The notes below the pieces were generated by a model. The model saw nothing but the letters and a program-made list of their open reading frames with translations, had not been told where the DNA came from and searched no databases. A DNA stretch of 53,108 nucleotides from IMG/VR virus record IMGVR_UViG_3300008267_006330, positions 1 through 53,108 of that record. One strand, 5' to 3'. The position numbers and the translations under genes were made by a program. Below are positions 46,484 to 53,108 of the stretch, in pieces (positions within the stretch are counted from its first letter, which is position 1; each line of letters starts with the position of its first letter). This stretch comes from a virus. Taxonomy: Duplodnaviria; Caudoviricetes.

Positions 46484-46981
46484 TTATCTTTCTGGGAATG
46501 GTGGAATCACAGGGGCGGGTTTGCCCCCGAATCCTGTGACAACTTCTGCAGACGCTGGCGCTCCAAATCCTGAACTGCTACCAAAGCTGCTTGGTGCTGT
46601 TGGAGTAGTACCCCAGCTTGGTACTGGCGTAAAACTTGTGCTTGGTGCTGGGGTACCAAATCCTGTTGAGGGTGTGCCTGGTGTTTGTGCTCCGCCATTG
46701 TTTGCTCCATTTAGTTTTTCTTGTGTGCGACCAAATGCCGCAATACCTAAAACTGCACCCATTGCAATGTGGAATAGTCCAGCACCTTGTAAGGTCAGTG
46801 GGTTCCATTGACTTGTAACTTGTCCGTGATTCAACGACTGTAGTAGACTCCATAACACTGGAAATACCACCATGTCCATGGTACATACTAACATATACAT
46901 CCAGCCCATCATTGGACGCCATTTTGAGTTCATCCAGTCTTCTTTTTTCTTTTCTGATTCGCTTTTGACTTCTTCTGCCAT
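46484..46981 (-). CDS. putative holin (GTA 3TM-holin-like)
   Basis: WRPMMGWMY, two hydrophobic helices, GRTQEK; TATAAATA and AGGAG upstream. Confidence 0.6.
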   Translation of the reverse strand: MAEEVKSESEKKKEDWMNSKWRPMMGWMYMLVCTMDMVVFPVLWSLLQSLNHGQVTSQWNPLTLQGAGLFHIAMGAVLGIAAFGRTQEKLNGANNGGAQTPGTPSTGFGTPAPSTSFTPVPSWGTTPTAPSSFGSSSGFGAPASAEVVTGFGGKPAPVIPPFPER

Positions 46982-47082
46982 GTTGGCTCCTTGTTGTTAT
47001 AAAATATTTATATCAAAATTAAACAACAATAGTGTCGGTTATTGATGAACCAATCATAGTAAATACCATATGAGGCTTTTCT

Positions 47083-47523
47083 ATGAAAACAACAATAACA
47101 ACATTAGCCTTGATGCTGGTTGCAGCTGGAGTTTCTGCCACTGAACTAGTACATCAATTCAATTCGCCAGCTTTTTCAGGAGTCGGTTACAGTAGTCACG
47201 TGCTAACAATCGAGCAACTGGAAGCCACACGCCGGCAAAAACTACGAGAAGAAGAAGCAAGCAGATTAGCCAAAGCTGAGCTTGCAGCCAAACAAACCAA
47301 CATAGCTAAATTCCTAGTCAACGTAGAAAGTCGTATCTATGCTCAGTTGAGCAAACAGTTGGCAGACTCGTTGTTCAGCGGCGGCGGCACCACGGGTAGC
47401 ATGGATTTTCAAGGCACCAACATCAGCTGGGTCAAAACCTCTACTGATGTAACATTGACCATTCTGGAAAGCAATGGCAATCGCACAGAGATCACCGTGC
47501 CACTAGCGAGTTTTGCATTTTGA
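47083..47523 (+). CDS. csgF: curli assembly component CsgF-like
   Basis: Signal peptide then TELVHQFNSPAFSG; ESRIYAQLS; upstream of csgG. Confidence 0.75.
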   Translation: MKTTITTLALMLVAAGVSATELVHQFNSPAFSGVGYSSHVLTIEQLEATRRQKLREEEASRLAKAELAAKQTNIAKFLVNVESRIYAQLSKQLADSLFSGGGTTGSMDFQGTNISWVKTSTDVTLTILESNGNRTEITVPLASFAF

Positions 47524-48347
47524 TGAAAGTACTGTTTTTGTCATTGTTGCTGATGATAAGTGGATGTGCCACTTTGGATCAAACACAGTTTGATGTGCAA
47601 CCTCCCAAACTGGTACCACGACAGAACTTGCTGACTACATTACCTGAGTTGGATGGGCCAAGAATACCCATTGCTGTGTACGGATTCACAGACAAAACTG
47701 GTCAGAAAAAAACCAATGACAAACTGGCGCTGTTTAGCACAGCAGTCACACAAGGTGCCGAGGTATTCCTGATCAAGGCCTTGCAGGACACTCCCAACTG
47801 GTTCACTGTGGTTGAACGTGTGGGCTTGGACAATCTTATCAAGGAGCGACAGCTTATACGCAATCAACGTGAAGTTTACGAAGGTAAAGATGCCAAGCCG
47901 CTCAAACCCTTGTTGGTGGCTGGACTCATGATTGAAGGTGGCATCATTGGCTACGACACCAACATAACGTCAGGTGGCACTGGTGCCAGAATACTGGGCA
48001 TTGGTGCCAGTACACAATATCGAGTGGATGAGATTGTTATTTCCATGCGAGTTATTTCAGTCAACACCGGGGAAGTGTTGCTGAATACGGCTGTGAGCAA
48101 AACTGTGTTTAGCACAGCTCACAATCAGGGAGTTCTCAAATTTGTTGATGTTGGCACAACCAGCATTGAACTTGAGAACGGGGCTGCTGTGAATGAGCCC
48201 ACAACATACGCTGTTCGAATAGCCATCGAACAAGCGGTGTACGAAATGATCCAAGAAGGAGTCAAACGCAAACTTTGGTCATACAAAAAGGGTACCAGCC
48301 CAAGGAGTGAGGATGAGGATAGTAACTCGCCCACAAAACAAAAATGA
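47520..48347 (+). CDS. csgG: curli secretion channel lipoprotein CsgG
   Basis: Lipobox ISGC, VYGFTDKTGQ, STAVTQGA, WFTVVER, LIKERQLIR, EGGIIGYD, NEP. Confidence 0.92.
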   Translation: MMKVLFLSLLLMISGCATLDQTQFDVQPPKLVPRQNLLTTLPELDGPRIPIAVYGFTDKTGQKKTNDKLALFSTAVTQGAEVFLIKALQDTPNWFTVVERVGLDNLIKERQLIRNQREVYEGKDAKPLKPLLVAGLMIEGGIIGYDTNITSGGTGARILGIGASTQYRVDEIVISMRVISVNTGEVLLNTAVSKTVFSTAHNQGVLKFVDVGTTSIELENGAAVNEPTTYAVRIAIEQAVYEMIQEGVKRKLWSYKKGTSPRSEDEDSNSPTKQK

Positions 48348-48970
48348 AAATTACAAGATCTCTCAAAGGGACAATATTTGCACTGGGCATGATGGCGTTA
48401 TTCCATGTTCAAGCTTCAAATGAAATTTATATAGAGCAAGTGGGCGATGATGCCACTGTGACTTTAAAACAAGCAGGCAGCAACAACACCATTGGCAGTG
48501 CTCTAGCGCCGGCCTTTATTGGCGGCGGTCAAAATGTTGTATACATTGAACAGTCAGGCAGTAGCAATCAACTGGCCATGTTGGTCAACGGTGCTGGCAC
48601 CACTGTAACGTCTACAATCATTGGTGATAGCAACCAACAGACCATAACTTGCGGAACCAGTGTCAGTGCCAGCTGTAGTGGATCTGCAATCACGCATACC
48701 ATAACAGGGGACAACAACGATGTGCAAAGTATCCTGGGTACCAATGGTGGAGCACACACCAGTAACATCACAGTGTTGGGTGACTACAACCATGTGACGC
48801 ATAGTAGTTCAGGATCTGGAGCCAACTCAGCCACAATCAATGTCACTGGGTCAGGTTCTGGCGCTACTCCAAATGCAATCACTGTGACACAAAGTGGTAT
48901 GAATACTCAAAGTGCAACCGTCAATGCTTCGGGCAATAACATTAATATCAGTATTATTCAGTCTGACTAA
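48344..48970 (+). CDS. curlin-like repeat protein
   Basis: Signal peptide; repeated [I/L]xQxGxxN / GxxN beta-solenoid pattern. Confidence 0.75.
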   Translation: MKITRSLKGTIFALGMMALFHVQASNEIYIEQVGDDATVTLKQAGSNNTIGSALAPAFIGGGQNVVYIEQSGSSNQLAMLVNGAGTTVTSTIIGDSNQQTITCGTSVSASCSGSAITHTITGDNNDVQSILGTNGGAHTSNITVLGDYNHVTHSSSGSGANSATINVTGSGSGATPNAITVTQSGMNTQSATVNASGNNINISIIQSD

Positions 48971-50000
48971 CGCCTGGGCTGGAGTGGGCAAGGTGACTGA
49001 ACAAACTGGTCCTACTGAAATAGTACGGGCTCGAAAAAGCATATCCAGTGCTGTAAATACCACAGTGGAAATGAACGATACAATTGTCACAGCTCGATCC
49101 CGAGCTGAATTGACTTTTGATGATGCTACCAAAGTCAAAATAACCGAACAGTCAAAGCTGATAATTGATGACTTTGTGTATGATCCCAAACAAGGTACAG
49201 GTAAGTTGACCATGAAAGTGGCCCTGGGCACGGCTAGATATGCTTCGGGACAGATTGCTAAAAATTCACCTCAACAGGTTGCGGTCAGCACACCCACAGC
49301 TTCTATTGCTGTACGTGGCACAGACTTTTCAATGACTGTGGATGAGCTGGGTCGCAGTCTCATAATGCTGTTGCCCAGTTGTGATGACAAGACATGTGTG
49401 ACGGGCGCTATTGAAGTCAGCAATGAAGCTGGCAGTATTCTAATGACACAGGCCTATCAAGCCACACTGGTTTCCACAACTGACACTGCACCCACAAGAC
49501 CAGTTGTGTTAAACATTGATCAGGCCAACATCAACAACATGTTGATTATCAGCCGACCCCGAGAAATTACAGACGAACAAAAAGACTCCCGAAGAGACAC
49601 ACGCACTGCCCTGGACGTTAATTTTTTAGATCGAGACTTTTTGAAGCCAGCGGATCTAGGCAATGAGTTGGACGCATCTAATAGACTGGATCGCAACGCC
49701 CTAGATGATGAGTTGTTGCCCAACGTGCTGGATGCTGTGAATGCGGCCTTGGCAGCCACTCAAGAAGCCATGAGCACCACCCTGAGCATGTTGCCTGGCT
49801 ATGATGCCAGTTCAGGCCTGACGTGGCGAGTAAATGATCAAGAACAACTAATATTGACCAAATACAGTAACCATGTGTTTGAGCTAACTGTGCCCCGTGA
49901 GCAAGGCGCAATATTGGATCTACAACAGGATGGCATTCCTGTGTACCAGAAAATTAACTCAGGTGGCACCACCACAATAACTGTTGTCCAAAGTCAATAA
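48912..50000 (+). CDS. secreted FecR-domain protein
   Basis: Signal peptide ending AWA; IDDFVYDP and TPTASIAVRGTDF. Confidence 0.8.
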   Translation: MQPSMLRAITLISVLFSLTNAWAGVGKVTEQTGPTEIVRARKSISSAVNTTVEMNDTIVTARSRAELTFDDATKVKITEQSKLIIDDFVYDPKQGTGKLTMKVALGTARYASGQIAKNSPQQVAVSTPTASIAVRGTDFSMTVDELGRSLIMLLPSCDDKTCVTGAIEVSNEAGSILMTQAYQATLVSTTDTAPTRPVVLNIDQANINNMLIISRPREITDEQKDSRRDTRTALDVNFLDRDFLKPADLGNELDASNRLDRNALDDELLPNVLDAVNAALAATQEAMSTTLSMLPGYDASSGLTWRVNDQEQLILTKYSNHVFELTVPREQGAILDLQQDGIPVYQKINSGGTTTITVVQSQ

Positions 50001-50027
50001 ATACTACTATAAAAACAAGGAGCCAAC

Positions 50028-50309
50028 ATGGGAGATATTTTCAAACTGATTGGTGATCTAGGGTTTCCGATAGCAGTTGCGCTTGCTGGCGGCTACTTTG
50101 TGTATCTCACAATCAAGTTGTTACTGGCAGGTGTGCTAAGTGCAATCAAAGGCATGGCTGGCATTATTACTGCACTAGACAATCGAGTCAGAACCATGAA
50201 TCACGACGTCATACGCATTGATACCATTGTGTCAAATGCACTAGGACTCAAGCCCGACACTGATCGTATTGCACGAGCCGACGGCAAGAACGATGCCCGG
50301 AGAGACTGA
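50028..50309 (+). CDS. small membrane protein (GFPI motif, TM plus coiled coil)
   Basis: DLGFPIAVALAGGYFVY; paralog of 50692-51060. Confidence 0.7.
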   Translation: MGDIFKLIGDLGFPIAVALAGGYFVYLTIKLLLAGVLSAIKGMAGIITALDNRVRTMNHDVIRIDTIVSNALGLKPDTDRIARADGKNDARRD

Positions 50310-50530
50310 TGCTTTACGAAGTTAATTTTGTATTGAATTTAGATTACCTAGCATATCTTTTGATAGGTCTTGGGCTTGGTTATATCATGATCTTGGGTGT
50401 GACCGGTGATTACCGTGCCACAAAACTTGACAGAATGAAAGATGATCTTGCTGCAAAAAAAGAATGGATCCGCATGGTGTCTGAGGCTAAAAGACAAAAA
50501 GGAAAGTACAATGCTACATCTAGATTATAA
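50309..50530 (+). CDS. small membrane protein
   Basis: One hydrophobic helix; coupled start. Confidence 0.55.
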   Translation: MLYEVNFVLNLDYLAYLLIGLGLGYIMILGVTGDYRATKLDRMKDDLAAKKEWIRMVSEAKRQKGKYNATSRL

Positions 50531-50699
50531 TTGGGATCTGGGACCAGGATATATTGTACCAGACGCTGAATTAAACACCGAGAAACTGGGCTGGAAACAT
50601 GGACAGTTCTGGCAGATGATCGAAGTCAATGGAAAGTTAAGATTGCACCAGGTAGATCCTATAGTGCAATTTGTTTTAGAAGGATCTAAAAATGAGTGA
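50511..50699 (+). CDS. hypothetical protein
   Basis: AAGGA RBS before MLHLDYNWDL. Confidence 0.6.
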   Translation: MLHLDYNWDLGPGYIVPDAELNTEKLGWKHGQFWQMIEVNGKLRLHQVDPIVQFVLEGSKNE

Positions 50700-51060
50700 A
50701 GTAGTTGATTTAGTAAACAAGTACGGATTTCCTATTGTGATGGCTGTGGGCATGGGCTACATCATCAAGTATGTGTGGGAATGGGCTACTAAAGAAGTCA
50801 AGCCGGTTATCAATGATGCCAACTCTGTGTTGATTGCTCTGATTGATCGCATTAGAATGTTGGACAACGATTTGATTCGGTTGAATCAAAAAGTAAACAC
50901 AGTGTTGCATCTACGTGGTAAAATGATTGAATCAGATCGTGTTATGGAAACACAAAAAGTTGAGGCAGCGGCCAATGCCAAGTTTCACGAAGCCATGGAC
51001 GAAGTAGACAAGACTGCGGTTGACAACAAAAAATCAGCAGGTGCTGGCGGCAGTAATTGA
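50692..51060 (+). CDS. small membrane protein (GFPI motif, TM plus coiled coil)
   Basis: KYGFPIVMAVGMGY...DRIRMLDNDLIRL. Confidence 0.7.
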   Translation: MSEVVDLVNKYGFPIVMAVGMGYIIKYVWEWATKEVKPVINDANSVLIALIDRIRMLDNDLIRLNQKVNTVLHLRGKMIESDRVMETQKVEAAANAKFHEAMDEVDKTAVDNKKSAGAGGSN

Positions 51061-51061
51061 A

Positions 51062-53108
51062 TTACTTTTCGTGGGCAACAAACTCACCGTTCCAGTTACT
51101 GGGTAAGTGTTGTTGCTTCATGAACTCACAGCGTTCAATCCACATTTTGTAATACTTGTCCATTTGCCCGCCAAATTTGCCGTGCAATTCTTCGCACAAG
51201 ATAACAGCCGCGTCAAACTGTTTCTGACGGTATAACTCATGCATCTTGTTGTGTGTAGAAAGTTCTTTGGTATAATCTGCACCCTTGGTACGTAGTACTG
51301 TGTAGATCAAGTCTGCTACTGTCTTACCTTTTGGTTGTAAGTTGTCTAGCAACAAATAGAAGAAATCATCTCGAGTTCTGTTGTATGTTTCAGCACCAAC
51401 AATGGCCAACACACCATAGGCTTTACAACGTGCTTCAAGTCGAGCGGCAGTTGAAACCATATCGCCTAATATGTCATAGCTGTGTCTGTCAGTACTGCCC
51501 ATCTCCCCGATAAAGCCTATGCCTGTGTTACAGCCCCAGCCCATGGCTGCAGGAGGTAGGCCTTGTGCTTCCATTAGTTTAGTGTATTCATCAACAGCAT
51601 CCAACATCTCTAAACCAACACGAACAATAGTTCTAGCATGGTTAGGATCTTCAATTGGAGCGCCATGTATGTGCATAGAGGCATCGCCCACATACTTGAT
51701 AATCATACCTTGGTTATCCAGCATGGGTTGACTAATTGCATCCATATATCCGTTCATGTATCCGTTCATGTACCGGCCAAGTCCAGCAACATCATCACCG
51801 TAGTGTTCGCCAATTGGTGTAAACCCACGCAGGTCACTGAACATGACACTTACATCTTTTCGTACACCACGCTTGATCAAGTCTGGATCTTTTTGCAGTA
51901 GCTCTACAACTTCCTTGGAACAGTAGCCTGCAAATTGTTTTTTGATTGCTTGTTTTTGGAGGAACTCTGAGACGAATTTAACTCCGTAGGCGTGTAGCCC
52001 AACGAGGACAATGCCCGCGACTGGGACGGTAACGTCAAATAACCAAAGGTAATTGACAAAACTAAAGTAACTGCCATACGCAAGTACAGCGCATATTCCA
52101 ACCAACGATGCAAGACCAACATAAACCCACCTTGTAAGAATCAATAATAACACACCTGCTGCCAAGATAACAAGTATTTCGACTCCGTCGGCGTAGTCAG
52201 GACGCACAATATTTGTGCCGCCAGCCACGGTTCCTAGTACACTGGCTTGCAAATAGTGCGGATAGACTTCTCCTCTTGCAGTTGCGACGGGGTTGTTGAG
52301 CCCGCGAGCTGTGAGTCCGACAATGACAATTCCACCTTGGAAGTCCTTTGGCAAATCAGCCAAGGAATGTTCTTGCGGCTGGGATGACCAATCCACCCAT
52401 ATTCTACTGTAACTGTCTGTTGGAATTTTTCCAAACTGTGGAATTCTAACTGCTTCAACACTTCCGTCATTGACTCGGACCTGGAAGCTGGGATCTCCGG
52501 CAAGGACTCTAAGCGTTTCAAGACTGATGGAGGGATAGACTTGTTCTCCAACTGTGATGACTTGGGGGACTCGGCGTACAACGCCGTCGATTTCAGGCAA
52601 AGTGTTAACAATGCCAATGCCGCTTGCTGTTTCATTTAAGGACCTCACGTTGGGTTGAATACTTTGATATGCTATGCCTGGCAGGCCAGTTCCTATTACA
52701 GAAACTCCGGGTCTGTAGGGTGAGTACTTGGACACAGTGTCTTCGTTGGTGGCCATGTGTGGCAACACTACTAAACTTTCTTTGAGTTGCCGAGCCAGGG
52801 CAGAGTCTTGCCCAAAACGATCCACATCAGGCATGAATATGTTAAACACAATCACACCAGCATTACGATCTTCTAACTGACGAATAATGTCAGCATACTG
52901 ATTTCTAGGAAAGGGAAACTGTCCACGCTGAGCAATGGCGCGATCGTCAATGTTGACCACATGAATTTGCTCGCTTACAGTGGTCGCACGATCAGTGATC
53001 AGCGTGTCAAAATAGCGCAGTCTTATACTTTCCACAAACGCAGGATCAGCAATTCTTATACTTACGATAAGTGCCAATGTTAGCAATGCTGTCCATGGAC
53101 TTGTTATG
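51062..53108 (-). CDS. CHASE2-domain class III adenylate/guanylate cyclase; 5' end outside the window
   Basis: CHASE2 (VNIDD, FPFPR, DGVVRRVP), three TM helices, FSDLRGFT, IKYVGDA, GDMVSTAARLE; frame open to the window edge. Confidence 0.9.
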   Translation of the reverse strand, partial: ITSPWTALLTLALIVSIRIADPAFVESIRLRYFDTLITDRATTVSEQIHVVNIDDRAIAQRGQFPFPRNQYADIIRQLEDRNAGVIVFNIFMPDVDRFGQDSALARQLKESLVVLPHMATNEDTVSKYSPYRPGVSVIGTGLPGIAYQSIQPNVRSLNETASGIGIVNTLPEIDGVVRRVPQVITVGEQVYPSISLETLRVLAGDPSFQVRVNDGSVEAVRIPQFGKIPTDSYSRIWVDWSSQPQEHSLADLPKDFQGGIVIVGLTARGLNNPVATARGEVYPHYLQASVLGTVAGGTNIVRPDYADGVEILVILAAGVLLLILTRWVYVGLASLVGICAVLAYGSYFSFVNYLWLFDVTVPVAGIVLVGLHAYGVKFVSEFLQKQAIKKQFAGYCSKEVVELLQKDPDLIKRGVRKDVSVMFSDLRGFTPIGEHYGDDVAGLGRYMNGYMNGYMDAISQPMLDNQGMIIKYVGDASMHIHGAPIEDPNHARTIVRVGLEMLDAVDEYTKLMEAQGLPPAAMGWGCNTGIGFIGEMGSTDRHSYDILGDMVSTAARLEARCKAYGVLAIVGAETYNRTRDDFFYLLLDNLQPKGKTVADLIYTVLRTKGADYTKELSTHNKMHELYRQKQFDAAVILCEELHGKFGGQMDKYYKMWIERCEFMKQQHLPSNWNGEFVAHEK
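51747..51770. repeat. 12-bp tandem duplication inside the cyclase domain
   Basis: TATCCGTTCATG x2, giving YMNGYMNGYMD. Confidence 0.9.

Larger units (their letters stand above)
46978..50031. repeat. 18-bp perfect inverted repeat AACAAGGAGCCAACATGG flanking the curli cassette
   Basis: Minus-strand copy at 46978-46995 and plus-strand copy at 50014-50031; each supplies RBS and ATG of an outward-facing gene. Confidence 0.85.

Noticed and set aside
520-52635. Numerous 60-180 aa ORFs antisense to or nested in long genes
   Set aside because: Shadow ORFs with no RBS, motifs or operon coupling
1-53108. CRISPR array, tRNA, rRNA, integrase or transposase
   Set aside because: No regularly spaced repeats, cloverleaf or recombinase motifs seen; intergenic spaces are mostly under 130 nt
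43116-53108. Bacterial chromosome origin for the clpA/dnaJ/csg/cyclase region
   Set aside because: Same TAAATA promoters, tight packing and holin context as the rest of the phage; no csgD/csgE or housekeeping synteny

Overview
This 53 kb window is a densely coding fragment of a large T4-like (myovirus-type) dsDNA phage, probably from freshwater. A c551/c552-type cytochrome c and a curli-type secretion cassette point to a Gram-negative, possibly betaproteobacterial, host. Most genes lie on the minus strand. Modules from left to right: (1) RNase H/flap nuclease, a MazG-like NTP pyrophosphatase and small genes; (2) a 7-deazaguanine DNA-modification set (queE, queD, folE, a QueD-paralog with the DpdL-type LxxxHRHxF motif, and a TGT-fold DpdA-like gene, with no queC in the window), mixed with glycosyltransferases, GalE, a B12-radical SAM enzyme and SGNH-like proteins; (3) sliding clamp, family-B DNA polymerase, amidinotransferase and a small DNA-binding protein; (4) about 19 kb of modular proteins with T4 internal-protein-like N-termini (MRAxEFxxE) and hydrophobic-x-Glu linkers, carrying LysM, ParB-like, GNAT, nucleotidyltransferase, zincin, amidoligase and methyltransferase modules, interrupted by Dps and a second glycan-modification block; (5) ClpA, DnaJ and a holin; (6) csgF-csgG-curlin-fecR followed by a convergent CHASE2 class III nucleotide cyclase. 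Non-coding highlights are a preQ1-I-like pseudoknot plus RBS-hiding hairpin ahead of queD, a three-hairpin RNA candidate, sigma70 promoters embedded in hairpins, TAAATA late promoters with near-leaderless starts, and an 18-bp inverted repeat bracketing the curli cassette. At least eight genes show clean internal deletions, frameshifts or fusions, which may be assembly or library artefacts. All calls are by eye from motifs; no searches were run.
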